A DNA stretch of 64,000 nt from IMG/VR virus record IMGVR_UViG_3300008111_001458; one strand, given 5' to 3'. Shown piece after piece: positions 17,749 to 27,400 of this stretch (position 1 is its first letter; each line of letters starts with the position of its first letter). The position numbers and the translations under genes are program-made. The notes under the pieces were generated by a model. That model was not told the origin of the DNA. It ran no database searches and saw only the letters and a program-made list of their open reading frames with translations. Source of the DNA: a virus (Duplodnaviria; Heunggongvirae; Uroviricota; Caudoviricetes).

Positions 17749-19662
17749 ATGTCAAAAATCATCGGTATCGATTTGGGTACCACAAACTCATGTGTAGCTG
17801 TTATTGAAAACGGCAAATCCAAAGTAATTGAAAACTCAGAAGGCGCAAGAACAACTCCGAGTATTGTTGCTTATACAGACAGCGATATTTTAGTAGGTGC
17901 TTCAGCAAAGCGTCAGGCGGTAACTAATCCCAAAAACACAATTTATGCATCTAAGCGGTTAATTGGACGTAAGTTCAATGAACAGGCTGTTCAGAAGGAC
18001 ATTGACCTAATGCCTTATGAAATTGTCAAGGCAACAAATGGTGATGCTTGGATTCGCGCACAAGGAAAAGAAATGGCACCTCCACAGGTGTCTGCAGAAG
18101 TTCTTCGCAAGATGAAAAAGACTGCAGAGGACTATTTAGGGCATGAAGTTACACAGGCTGTTATTACAGTGCCTGCTTACTTCAATGATAGTCAAAGACA
18201 GGCAACTAAAGATGCCGGTCAAATCGCTGGCTTAGAAGTTCTACGTATTATTAACGAACCTACTGCGGCTGCATTAAGCTACGGTGTTGACAAGACAGAC
18301 AAAGCTGATCGTAAGATTGCGGTGTATGACTTAGGTGGTGGCACATTTGATATCAGTATCATTGAGATTGCCAACGTCGAAGGCGACAAACAAATTGAAG
18401 TATTGTCAACAAACGGCGATACATTCTTAGGCGGTGAAGACTTTGACCAGCGCATTATGGATTATCTGGTTGAGGAATTTAAGAAAGAGCAAGGCATTGA
18501 TCTAACTAAAGATATGTTGGCACTACAACGTCTTAAGGACTCTGCTGAAAAAGCTAAGATTGAATTATCTAATTCTACACAAACTGAAGTTAATCTTCCA
18601 TACATTACTGCCGATGCTAGTGGTCCTAAACATCTAGTGGTAAAAATTACCAAGGCAAAATTGGAACAGTTAGTTGACGATTTAATTCAACGTTCATTAG
18701 AACCTTGTCGTATTGCTATGAAAGATGCCGGAGTTACCGCAGATCAGATCGACGAAGTTATTCTAGTTGGCGGCCAAACTCGCATGCCAAAGGTACAAGA
18801 AGAAGTAGAACGTTTATTTGGAAAAGCGCCACGTAAAGATGTTAACCCAGACGAAGCAGTAGCAGTTGGTGCTGCTATCCAAGGTGCTGTGTTGGGTGGT
18901 GATCGTAAAGATGTCCTATTGTTAGATGTTACTCCATTAACTTTGGGTATTGAAACAGTAGGCGGTGTAATGGCCAAACTGGTTGCTAAGAATACTACTA
19001 TTCCAACTAAGGCAAATCAAATTTTCAGTACAGCTGATGACAATCAACCTGCTGTTACTATTCGTGTGTTCCAAGGAGAACGCGAATTGGCACATCATAA
19101 CAAATTGTTAGGCGAATTTAATCTTGAAGGTATTGATCCAGCACCACGTGGTATGCCTCAAATTGAAGTTACATTTGATATTGATGCTAATGGTATTTTA
19201 AGCGTAAGTGCCAAAGACAAAAATACTGGTAAAGAAAATAAAATTACCATTAAAGCTAATAGCGGCATTACTGAAGATGAAATCAAACGTATGATCGCTG
19301 AAGCAGAACAATATGCAGAAGAAGATAAAAAAGCACGTGAAGTTATTGAAACACGTAATGGTGCATTATCTGAACTGTATACAATTCGCAGAGAATTAGA
19401 AGCAGAAAAAGATCTTGCTACAGAAGAAGAATGGAAAATAATTGAAGATGCACTAGAGGCTGCTGAAAAATTAGTCAATGATAATAGTGACATTGAAGAA
19501 ATTAAGAAAGGTCCTTTCAATGTAGCCGATGCTGCAAAACCTTTGTTTGAAAAAATTAAAGCCAAACGCGAAGCTGCCAAAGCAGAACAATCTGCACCGC
19601 AGCCAACTGATGGTGAAGTGATCGATGCTTCCTTTACAGCAACTGAAGGCAAGGCATCTTAA
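17749..19662 (+). CDS. dnaK: Hsp70 chaperone DnaK
   Basis: [33 protein letters not shown] and the EEVD-less bacterial C-terminus are present. The start is reset to ATG 17749 (RBS aaggag). Confidence 0.93.
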   Translation: MSKIIGIDLGTTNSCVAVIENGKSKVIENSEGARTTPSIVAYTDSDILVGASAKRQAVTNPKNTIYASKRLIGRKFNEQAVQKDIDLMPYEIVKATNGDAWIRAQGKEMAPPQVSAEVLRKMKKTAEDYLGHEVTQAVITVPAYFNDSQRQATKDAGQIAGLEVLRIINEPTAAALSYGVDKTDKADRKIAVYDLGGGTFDISIIEIANVEGDKQIEVLSTNGDTFLGGEDFDQRIMDYLVEEFKKEQGIDLTKDMLALQRLKDSAEKAKIELSNSTQTEVNLPYITADASGPKHLVVKITKAKLEQLVDDLIQRSLEPCRIAMKDAGVTADQIDEVILVGGQTRMPKVQEEVERLFGKAPRKDVNPDEAVAVGAAIQGAVLGGDRKDVLLLDVTPLTLGIETVGGVMAKLVAKNTTIPTKANQIFSTADDNQPAVTIRVFQGERELAHHNKLLGEFNLEGIDPAPRGMPQIEVTFDIDANGILSVSAKDKNTGKENKITIKANSGITEDEIKRMIAEAEQYAEEDKKAREVIETRNGALSELYTIRRELEAEKDLATEEEWKIIEDALEAAEKLVNDNSDIEEIKKGPFNVADAAKPLFEKIKAKREAAKAEQSAPQPTDGEVIDASFTATEGKAS

Positions 19663-19753
19663 GAATACACATATGTGTGTATAATGTTGCGGTACCTAAT
19701 GGGCCGCAACATTGAGCATAAAGCTCATATTCTTACTTTAAAAGGAGATTAAT

Positions 19754-20191
19754 ATGAATAATAATCAGTTAGCACAAATTACAGCTCTTAACAGAGCTCT
19801 TATTGGATTTGACACACTGTTTGATCAAATGGAAAGACGTTTTTCTAATAGTGTATCTAATAACTATCCACCTCACAACATTCTTAAAACTGGTGAAAAT
19901 CAGTATGAGATTCAATTAGCAGTTACTGGATTTGATAAAACAGAAATTTCTGTTACTGTAGAGGACGGAATTCTTATTGTTAAAGGTGAAAGCATGGCTA
20001 CAGATCATGCGCCAGAACAATACATTCATCGCGGTCTTGCTACTCGCGATTTTGTTAAAGAATTTCCTCTAGCAGAACATATTGAAGTTACTGGAGCGGA
20101 AACCAAAAATGGTATGTTAACCATTAAGTTGGTCCGTAATGTTCCAGAGTCTGCGAAACCGAAAGTCATTGACATTGTAGACATTAAGTAA
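19754..20191 (+). CDS. Small heat-shock protein (Hsp20 / alpha-crystallin family)
   Basis: 145 aa with an alpha-crystallin domain pattern (EIQLAVTGFDKTEISVTVEDGILIVKGE ... NGMLTIKL). Confidence 0.8.
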   Translation: MNNNQLAQITALNRALIGFDTLFDQMERRFSNSVSNNYPPHNILKTGENQYEIQLAVTGFDKTEISVTVEDGILIVKGESMATDHAPEQYIHRGLATRDFVKEFPLAEHIEVTGAETKNGMLTIKLVRNVPESAKPKVIDIVDIK

Positions 20192-20197
20192 TATAAT

Positions 20198-20223
20198 TAA
20201 GGGGAAGGAAACTTCCCCTTAAT
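20198..20223 (+). terminator. Perfect 11-bp hairpin TTAAGGGGAAG-gaaa-CTTCCCCTTAA (terminator or attenuator between hsp20 and clpS)
   Basis: Exact inverted repeat with a GNRA loop and no strong T tract. Confidence 0.4.
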
Positions 20224-20240
20224 TAACCTACAGAGGAAAT

Positions 20241-20549
20241 ATGGCAGACGTAGAAACTAAAATCAAAGAAGTAACAAAGACAGTTGAAACTCAACCACCC
20301 AATCATTGGAAGGTAGTATTCTTAAACGATGATTATACTCCCATGGAATTTGTTGTTGCTCTTTTGGTTACTATTTTTAGGCACAGTGAACAATCTGCCG
20401 AGCAGATCACAATAGAAATACACAACACGGGCAGTGCTGTTGTTGGTTTATACACACACGAAATTGCAGAACAAAAGTCTATTGATGCAACAACCGTTTG
20501 CAGACAACACGGTCATCCTTTACAAATTACAATCGAAGAAGACAAATAA
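20241..20549 (+). CDS. clpS: ATP-dependent Clp protease adaptor ClpS
   Basis: VVFLNDDYTPMEFVVALLVTIF ... LYTHEIAEQK closely parallels E. coli ClpS. Confidence 0.85.
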   Translation: MADVETKIKEVTKTVETQPPNHWKVVFLNDDYTPMEFVVALLVTIFRHSEQSAEQITIEIHNTGSAVVGLYTHEIAEQKSIDATTVCRQHGHPLQITIEEDK

Positions 20550-20807
20550 ATGACAGCCGACGAGTTTAAGTTCATACGATATATGAACGCTGAAACTAGT
20601 CGGTTTTCTTTTTGGATAATTTTTCACGACCTTAGAAGATATAATTTGGGTAAAAAAGGAAGAAAGAATTTTATAAGCTTCTTTACAGAAATTCTAGGGC
20701 CAGTAGGTGAGCGTTGGCAATATGAAAAAACAATTCATACATTTTGTATAAAATTAGATAAAGAAATAGATGCCACAATGATGATACTGAGATACGGGCC
20801 TAAGTAA
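20550..20807 (+). CDS. Hypothetical protein
   Basis: 85-aa ORF. Confidence 0.35.
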   Translation: MTADEFKFIRYMNAETSRFSFWIIFHDLRRYNLGKKGRKNFISFFTEILGPVGERWQYEKTIHTFCIKLDKEIDATMMILRYGPK

Positions 20808-20817
20808 ATAAAAAACT

Positions 20818-21384
20818 ATGAGTTTAAAAGAAATTACCAAAGATCTTCATCACGAAGCAGAAACAACCCAATTTGCTAAGATGTTACTTAGCGGAAAAAT
20901 TACTAAAGAAGATTATGCCAACTACCTTTATCAGTTAGTATTAATTTATAATGCTATAGAGTTAGGTAATCGAGTAGAAGGCAATTTTAAAAATCTTCCT
21001 GGTTTAGAAAGAACACACGCAATCTATCAAGACTTTATTGAGATCGCAGGTGTTGATCACAATTACAAATGGTTACCTGGAACTATAGACTATTACAACT
21101 ATCTCTTAAATTTAGTTCGTGATCCTGCGCATCGTCCTAAAATCAAAGCTCATCTATATTGTCGACATATGGGAGATCTGTATGGTGGTCAAATAATTAA
21201 AAAACAAGTAGCACATATTAGCAAAGGTCGTTTTTATGATTTTAAAGATGCAGATGCATTAAAAATGTCCATACGTGCAGAACTAACTGATGACCTAGGA
21301 GACGAAGCAAGAGTTGCGTTTGAATGGGCCATTAAAATGATGAGAGAATTGTATAATGAGTCAGGTCTGGAACAGTCTAATTGA
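20818..21384 (+). CDS. Heme oxygenase
   Basis: 188 aa. The CRHMGDLYGGQ block matches the HO-1 signature YTRYLGDLSGGQ. Confidence 0.7.
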   Translation: MSLKEITKDLHHEAETTQFAKMLLSGKITKEDYANYLYQLVLIYNAIELGNRVEGNFKNLPGLERTHAIYQDFIEIAGVDHNYKWLPGTIDYYNYLLNLVRDPAHRPKIKAHLYCRHMGDLYGGQIIKKQVAHISKGRFYDFKDADALKMSIRAELTDDLGDEARVAFEWAIKMMRELYNESGLEQSN

Positions 21385-22036
21385 AATACAAAAACTGTTA
21401 GAAAAAAGATTTTCAGAGACAGGCATTGAAACTTTTGAGCCCGGAATGGAAAGATTTAATCAACCGGGTTGGGTAAATAGAGTTTGGTGCAGCGATCATT
21501 ATCGCAGAGCTCATGTCGACGTAGTTGACGCCCGATCCTCAAAGGGCCTTTGGATGATGCATTGCTGCATCTTTCCTCACATACACAATCCTGCTCCTAT
21601 TTTTGGATTTGATGTAATTGCAGGAAAAAATAAAATCACAGGTTGTTTTATAGACTACAGCCCAACAGCTGATAAACAGCATCCTATGATCGAATATTTT
21701 GCTGAAGAAGTCAGTAGATACGAATGGATCCGCAAACGTGAACTACCTGAATGGGCGCAACGTATATTCAGTTCACACATGGTGGCCGCTGGCAATGTGC
21801 AAGAAGAATCAGAATTATCTCAAATTAGCGGTCTAGCGAACATTCTAGTAAATCATTATTTAGAAACAGTAGGCGAAACAAATCACAAAGTTGCAGATAC
21901 AACGTTTGAGCAAAATTATTACGCACAGAATCAAAAACAAAATCCGCACACCCCTAGAGTTATGGTTAGTTTGGGGCTTAGTGAAGAAGATGTTAAGCAT
22001 TTTATTCAAGATTGTTTATTTCCAGAAATAAACTAA
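21356..22036 (+). CDS. Ferredoxin-dependent bilin reductase (PebS/PcyA/PcyX-like)
   Basis: 226 aa. N-terminal W..L...QK pattern and the central FDBR core (HIHNPAPIFGFDVIAG ... FIDYSP). It is adjacent to the heme oxygenase that supplies biliverdin. Confidence 0.7.
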   Translation: MSQVWNSLIEIQKLLEKRFSETGIETFEPGMERFNQPGWVNRVWCSDHYRRAHVDVVDARSSKGLWMMHCCIFPHIHNPAPIFGFDVIAGKNKITGCFIDYSPTADKQHPMIEYFAEEVSRYEWIRKRELPEWAQRIFSSHMVAAGNVQEESELSQISGLANILVNHYLETVGETNHKVADTTFEQNYYAQNQKQNPHTPRVMVSLGLSEEDVKHFIQDCLFPEIN

Positions 22037-22043
22037 ATATTCA

Positions 22044-22262
22044 ATGCGTTTTACAGAAATAGAATCAAAACCACAGCTTATCAAACTTCACTACTTTCAA
22101 GTAGATGACACGCAGGCCGCTCGGGATATTGGTATGCGTCAAGATCGTAATGGCCAATGGTTTCTTCCACAATACAATAAAAGTGGTGGCGGATTTGATC
22201 GTAAAGTGTCATCGGCTATGAGGTTATTTGGTACACCTCGTACAATTACATTAAAAAATTAA
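22044..22262 (+). CDS. Hypothetical protein
   Basis: 72-aa ORF. Confidence 0.35.
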   Translation: MRFTEIESKPQLIKLHYFQVDDTQAARDIGMRQDRNGQWFLPQYNKSGGGFDRKVSSAMRLFGTPRTITLKN

Positions 22263-22351
22263 ATTTAATTAAGACACCATAATCTAGTGTTTTAATATCT
22301 CTCCTCTTCTCCTTAAATAATAATAACCCAATATCCCGGGAGCGAGAAAAA

Positions 22352-23182
22352 ATGAAAAAAATAATAATAACGGGCGTATTGCTGGGATCTTTAACCACCC
22401 CTGCATTTTCGCAAACAACGTATGATAGTAAAAGTTTAGTAGATACCAATAATAACTCAACAAGTACTAGCACGGTTAACAGCACCAGTACCAACACTAA
22501 TAATAATATAAACACCAGTACAGTTAACAGTAATAGTGTCAATACCAATGTAAACCAAAATACCAGTACTAGTACGAGTGTTAATACCAACAACAATATT
22601 AATACCGGTCATACAACCAGTGCTAACACTAATACAAATAATAATACTAATGTAAACACTAGTACCAGTACAGCAACCAGTACCAATCAAAACAATAATG
22701 TAAATCAAAATATCAACAGTGGTGATATGACCAATCGTAATATTAATGACAGTAATATTACACAAAAAGTAATTCAACCTCCACCAACTGCCATTGCACC
22801 TGCAATGATGAGCGGTGGCAATAATGATTTATGTACTACAGGAACCAGTGGTGCTGTTCAAACACAAATATTAGGTGTCAGTAGTGGTGGTACAGTAAGA
22901 GATATGAATTGCGAAAGATTAAAAAACGCCAAGACACTTTATGATATGGGAATGAAAGTTGCTGCGGTAGCTACAATGTGTCAGGATCGTAGAGTTTTTG
23001 ATGCTATGTGGAATGCTGGCACACCTTGTCCTTATGAAGGTGTGATTGGTGAACAGGCTCGTGTAGCATGGAATGAAAATCCTAACAAGTGGCCAAAAAC
23101 TGAGGAACCAAAGAGTGATGATTTCTATAAGAAAACTGGCTTCGGCGCTTTGCTTGGCGCTCTGCTTTTCGCACTATTCTAA
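22352..23182 (+). CDS. Secreted protein with a long Asn/Thr/Ser-rich low-complexity region
   Basis: Signal peptide (AFSQ), then about 120 aa of N/T/S-rich low complexity with iterated short N-T-S triplets (STSTNTNNNINTST...), then a Cys-containing C-terminal domain. Confidence 0.5.
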   Translation: MKKIIITGVLLGSLTTPAFSQTTYDSKSLVDTNNNSTSTSTVNSTSTNTNNNINTSTVNSNSVNTNVNQNTSTSTSVNTNNNINTGHTTSANTNTNNNTNVNTSTSTATSTNQNNNVNQNINSGDMTNRNINDSNITQKVIQPPPTAIAPAMMSGGNNDLCTTGTSGAVQTQILGVSSGGTVRDMNCERLKNAKTLYDMGMKVAAVATMCQDRRVFDAMWNAGTPCPYEGVIGEQARVAWNENPNKWPKTEEPKSDDFYKKTGFGALLGALLFALF

Positions 23183-24953
23183 CGCTCAAGAACCTGGCGT
23201 TGAGTATACCACCGGCAACATAGTTCTTCCTACTGTTGCTGGTTCCGGAACGACTCCTTGGGTTGGGGGAGTGTATCAAGACAATCTCACCTGCTGGAGT
23301 TGGGGCAATCCAGGATATTGTGGACCAAACGCAATTGTTCGTCCGGGTGGAAGTATAAACTTCTCATTTGGTACGACAGACTTATATCAGAGCCAGGCCA
23401 TAGCAAATGTGTTACCTAATTCCGGTACTGGATTACAAGTTAACGGATATACTTTTAGTTTTATGGCTAAGAATGGTAATGGGTGGGACGATGGTCGCGT
23501 AGATTATCTAAACGCTTATGTGCATTTTAAAAACTCTAATGGTAGCGTAGTAGAGTATGATTCATATGATCTAAACTACAAATTTAATTGGACTAACTTT
23601 AATTTTTCAAGAAATTTTACAACACCATACTCTGCTAGTACATTAGGAAATGTTACTTATGGATTTGTTGGTCGTGATAATAATGGGTGGGCAGGACCTT
23701 ACGGTCCAGAAATTAATAATGTTAATTTTAGTCTAAGATATTCAGTTGATCAATGCGTGATAAATCCTCTTAGTAGTGTATCCTGTACTGGATATGCAGA
23801 AGCATTTAAAAATTATCAATGTTCAATAAATCCCTTATATGATAGTACATGTCCGGGTTACGCACAGGCTTATTATACACAACAATGTTCAATCAATGCT
23901 TTGTATGATCCCACTTGCCCTGGTTATGCGCAGGCTTATTATTCACAGCAGTGTTCAATAAATGCATTATACGATCCAGGATGTCCAGGTTACGCACAGG
24001 CTTTCTTTAATAATCAATGTTCGTTGAATGCACTTTATAATACACAATGCCCTGGTTATGCACAGGCAAAAGTTCTTAAAGATCTGCAGGATAAACAAAC
24101 CGAATCAACGGAAACTGCAACAACGACCAGTTCGCCAATCCCTACATCTTCAACCTCAACTGCACAAGCATCGTCACCAACAGTATCATTGGCCGATCCT
24201 ACTAGAACTGAAACACTTGTGACTACAGATGTGGGCGGAGTTGAATTAACTACCAGCGGTCAAATTAGCATACCCACTGGTCAAACTGCTTCTACTAAAG
24301 AAGCAATAAAAGAATCGACAAGAGAAGAAAATAAAACAGAATCCGCCAATAGAGAAACCGCCAATAGAGAATCTGACAGAAAACGTGTAGATCCTAGAGC
24401 TCTTGCTGTAGCCATGGCAGCAGTGGCAGCTACAGAACGTACAGCATTGGCTACATCAGAACAAGCAATAGTAATGAGTCAAGCTAGTATAGGTCCTAAT
24501 GACGGAACTAGTATAGCATTAGGTTCTGGATTAACTTTACAAAATAATAGATCTCAATCATTTAATGATGACAAGTTTGAAGATAAAAAGGATGAAGGCA
24601 AAAATAATACTGCACAAAAATCTTCCGGACCAACTGATAATATTAATTTACTGATAACACCAATTCAAACAGTTCCAGATACTAATCAAAAGGCAGGACC
24701 TAGTGTAAGAAGAGGTGGAGCAGTAGAAGGTATGGAGGGAGGACCAGATCCTACCACATTAGCAAAAGCACCGATGGATTTTAATCAATATCTTAATTCA
24801 CAATTAAAAGATGCACAGTTTTATCAAAGTAAAGAAATTTATCGAGGACAGCGAACTGTTGATAATCAAAGGTTGTTAAGAGGTTTGTCTGGAGGTAGTG
24901 ATGCACTACACCAAAGAATGATAGAACAACAATATAATATTTCAGGACAATAA
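23118..24953 (+). CDS. Secreted repeat protein (fiber or adhesin-like) with five 23-aa tandem repeats QCSINALYDPTCPGYAQAYY
   Basis: The start is reset to MISIRKLASALCLALCFSHYSNAQ, a signal peptide. Tandem Cys-containing repeats at 23750-24070, then a Ser/Thr-rich linker. Confidence 0.5.
   Translation: MISIRKLASALCLALCFSHYSNAQEPGVEYTTGNIVLPTVAGSGTTPWVGGVYQDNLTCWSWGNPGYCGPNAIVRPGGSINFSFGTTDLYQSQAIANVLPNSGTGLQVNGYTFSFMAKNGNGWDDGRVDYLNAYVHFKNSNGSVVEYDSYDLNYKFNWTNFNFSRNFTTPYSASTLGNVTYGFVGRDNNGWAGPYGPEINNVNFSLRYSVDQCVINPLSSVSCTGYAEAFKNYQCSINPLYDSTCPGYAQAYYTQQCSINALYDPTCPGYAQAYYSQQCSINALYDPGCPGYAQAFFNNQCSLNALYNTQCPGYAQAKVLKDLQDKQTESTETATTTSSPIPTSSTSTAQASSPTVSLADPTRTETLVTTDVGGVELTTSGQISIPTGQTASTKEAIKESTREENKTESANRETANRESDRKRVDPRALAVAMAAVAATERTALATSEQAIVMSQASIGPNDGTSIALGSGLTLQNNRSQSFNDDKFEDKKDEGKNNTAQKSSGPTDNINLLITPIQTVPDTNQKAGPSVRRGGAVEGMEGGPDPTTLAKAPMDFNQYLNSQLKDAQFYQSKEIYRGQRTVDNQRLLRGLSGGSDALHQRMIEQQYNISGQ
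23750..24070 (+). repeat. Five tandem in-frame 69-nt coding repeats
   Basis: Protein-level repeats (INPLYDSTCPGYAQAYYTQQCS and so on) inside CDS 23118-24953. Confidence 0.6.
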
Positions 24954-25093
24954 AATGTTTGAAGCATTTATGATTTTTTATCTATTAGAAGTGTTAGTGC
25001 TAGTGTCAGTGGCCGTTTGGTATTATAAAGAACCTAAAAAGGTAGAAAAAAAATTACATGACCCTTGGGGTTTTTTTAGAGGAACAAAATAAA

Positions 25094-25711
25094 ATGAGCG
25101 AAGAAAAAGTAGACGTAAACAAAAAAATTGACGAAGCAGATGCAGCAATGAAAAAATATGCCAGCAAAGACACTGTTATCAGTATCGGCGGCTATGAATT
25201 TACTCCTGCTAAACTTATGGTAGCAGCTACGCTGATTTCATCAACACTGGGTGGGTTATATGGATGTTTTGAAGTGTACAAGGATTACATGGGCATGAAG
25301 AAAAAGATTGCCGAGTATGTCACACCCGACTTAACTGAAATCTATAAGAAGATGGAAGTGTTAGATGCCAACACCAGCAAGATGGTCGAATACACTGACA
25401 ACATCAAGATTGATTTAAAGAATGATGTCCGTAGACTAGAAAATGTAGTTGAAAATGTTGAACGTAGTTCTAAACAAACTGCAAGAGATACTGACCAAAC
25501 GGTCAAGGAGATAAAGAGAGATGTTGACGGTACTCTTAAAGAAGTTAGAAGATATAGCGATCAGACTGTTAAAGAAATTAATCAAGAAATAGCTCGTAAT
25601 AATCAAGAGATGGCTAGAAATCAAAAAGAAACGCAAGCTGAAATACGTGCGTTAAGAAAAGAAGTAGATGACAAAATTAAGAAAGCATTGGACAATCCAT
25701 TGTCTCAATAA
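25094..25711 (+). CDS. Coiled-coil protein, paralog A
   Basis: KDTVISIGGYEFTPAKLMVAA...GGLYGCFEVYKDY ... ALDNPLSQ. Paralogous to the next gene. Confidence 0.5.
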   Translation: MSEEKVDVNKKIDEADAAMKKYASKDTVISIGGYEFTPAKLMVAATLISSTLGGLYGCFEVYKDYMGMKKKIAEYVTPDLTEIYKKMEVLDANTSKMVEYTDNIKIDLKNDVRRLENVVENVERSSKQTARDTDQTVKEIKRDVDGTLKEVRRYSDQTVKEINQEIARNNQEMARNQKETQAEIRALRKEVDDKIKKALDNPLSQ

Positions 25712-25723
25712 GGAGAGGAGCAA

Positions 25724-26188
25724 GTGGCAGAAGATAAAGATCTAAACAAAGCAGTAGATAAATTACAGGAGATTACCAGCAAGGACACAGTAATAAGCAT
25801 AGGTGGGTATAGTTTTACTCCGGCCAAACTTATGATTGCCGCGGGTATTATATCATCTGTAATTGGAGGACTCTATGGAGCATTTGAAGTATATAAGGGC
25901 TATATAGATATGAAGGAAAAAATAGCCAAATATGTAGCACCAGATTTAAGCGAGTTTGACAAGCGTCTGTCAGTAATTGAAGAAAACAGTCAAAAAACCA
26001 CAGACTACACACGTGATATTAAAAATGATTTAAAGCAGGATTTGCGTAAACTTGAACAAGTCGTAGAGACAGTAGAACGTAGTTCTAAACAACAACAGAG
26101 AGAAGTTGATCAGGATATTAGGCAGTTGCGCAAAGAAGTAGACACTAAGATACAGAAAGCCATGGATAACCCGTTAGCCAATAAATAA
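25724..26188 (+). CDS. Coiled-coil protein, paralog B
   Basis: GTG start with RBS aggagaggag. Shares KDTVISIGGYSFTPAKLMIAA...GGLYGAFEVYKGY ... AMDNPLANK with paralog A. Confidence 0.5.
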   Translation: MAEDKDLNKAVDKLQEITSKDTVISIGGYSFTPAKLMIAAGIISSVIGGLYGAFEVYKGYIDMKEKIAKYVAPDLSEFDKRLSVIEENSQKTTDYTRDIKNDLKQDLRKLEQVVETVERSSKQQQREVDQDIRQLRKEVDTKIQKAMDNPLANK

Positions 26189-26210
26189 CTATATATTCAG
26201 GAGCTAAATT

Positions 26211-26543
26211 ATGAAGCCGTTACTAGATATACTAAGATTGTCGCTAGTAGCGGCTTTCTTTTCACCGTTATTTGCTCAAGCAGAAGTAGTCTATCCAACA
26301 AAACTAGTATGTGTTACTGAACAGGAATTAACCCCTGTTTTAACAAAATATCAAGAACAACCCGTACTAAAGTTTTCCTCTATGCGAGTTATAGGAAATA
26401 GTCAGGGTTATTTGCAATCAGTCCTGTATATGAATCCTACTACTAAAACATGGACATTGGTTGAACAATGGGATGAAAATTTATACTGTATTGTTTCCAT
26501 AGGAGTCGATGCCGAGCCAGCGATATCGGGCGATAAAATATGA
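26211..26543 (+). CDS. Small secreted protein
   Basis: Signal peptide (LFAQA). Confidence 0.45.
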   Translation: MKPLLDILRLSLVAAFFSPLFAQAEVVYPTKLVCVTEQELTPVLTKYQEQPVLKFSSMRVIGNSQGYLQSVLYMNPTTKTWTLVEQWDENLYCIVSIGVDAEPAISGDKI

Positions 26544-26565
26544 ATCAATTCCTTATAGGTGTTCA

Positions 26566-27210
26566 ATGAATGGTAAAATAGGTTTATTTTTACACCAGCC
26601 AAAATGTTCCGTTCAGAGCGGGAACGGAATCATGCAAGCACTGTATCCGCACTATTCTTTTAAAATTTTCACTAAGCATGAGATAGAAGACGATTTTTTC
26701 AACAATCTTGATATGGTCTGCTTTCCCGGTGGGTTTGGGGACAGTGATGCTTTTGACTATCTTTTACCAAACCATATTAAAAGTATAAAAAAATTTATAA
26801 ATCGTGGCGGAAAGTATCTTGGTATCTGCATGGGAGCATATTGGGCAGATAAAGATTACTTTGATATATTAGAAGATATTAGAGTAGAACAATATATCAA
26901 ACGTCCTAACACAGATACAAAAAGACCACATGCTAAAGCCATAGATGTTAAATGGTTTAATAGATCAGAAAAAATGTATTTTTATGATGGTTGTACTTTT
27001 GTTGGGGATCGTTCAAAGTTTGAAACAGTGTCAACGTATGCTAATGGTGATCCAATGGCTATTATTAAAAATAACATTGCACTAATTGGTTGCCATTTGG
27101 AAAGCGAACGGCATTGGTACAACAGTTATAGTTGGATGCCACGTCACTGGCATAAAGGTTCTCATCACAAATTACTTTTAGAGTTTGTCGACAGATTTTT
27201 GACCAAATAA
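26566..27210 (+). CDS. Class-I glutamine amidotransferase-like / BPL_N-type domain protein
   Basis: VCFPGGFGDSDAFD ... RGGKYLGICMGAYWA matches the GG-x-YLG-x-C-x-GAY core. The start is reset to MNGKIGLF. Confidence 0.45.
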   Translation: MNGKIGLFLHQPKCSVQSGNGIMQALYPHYSFKIFTKHEIEDDFFNNLDMVCFPGGFGDSDAFDYLLPNHIKSIKKFINRGGKYLGICMGAYWADKDYFDILEDIRVEQYIKRPNTDTKRPHAKAIDVKWFNRSEKMYFYDGCTFVGDRSKFETVSTYANGDPMAIIKNNIALIGCHLESERHWYNSYSWMPRHWHKGSHHKLLLEFVDRFLTK

Positions 27211-27387
27211 TTCTCCGTCTTTTAAAAATTTAATCAAATCGTCTTGTTTGACCAAATACTGCCGTCCATTTACATTGACTAATTTAAAATAGTCTCCGCC
27301 CTTCCAGCCTAATCCATCTGAATCAAATTCTGGATCTAACAGAATTCCTTTTTTATTAACCACCCACTCGTATTCAAAATTTTTCAT
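27178..27387 (-). CDS. Hypothetical protein
   Basis: 69-aa minus-strand ORF in an otherwise + region. Confidence 0.35.
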   Translation of the reverse strand: MKNFEYEWVVNKKGILLDPEFDSDGLGWKGGDYFKLVNVNGRQYLVKQDDLIKFLKDGELFGQKSVDKL

Positions 27388-27400
27388 CCTTTATTTATTA

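Noticed and set aside
19158-19652. Antisense ORFs inside dnaK (19158-19652, 18744-18977, 18462-18653)
   Set aside because: They sit fully inside the strongly supported dnaK frame and have low-complexity Ser/Ala-rich translations. The same judgement applies to other short antisense ORFs inside nrdB, pstS, the porin gene, guaC and the radical-SAM genes.
22246-22596. Minus-strand ORF encoding poly-Leu/Val (LVLVLV...)
   Set aside because: It is the reverse-complement artefact of the AAC/ACC-rich low-complexity coding region of ORF 22352.
22420-22760. A CRISPR-like or satellite repeat in the N/T-rich region
   Set aside because: The repeats are short, imperfect and in-frame within a signal-peptide-bearing ORF. 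They encode an Asn/Thr/Ser low-complexity domain, with no spacer/repeat periodicity.
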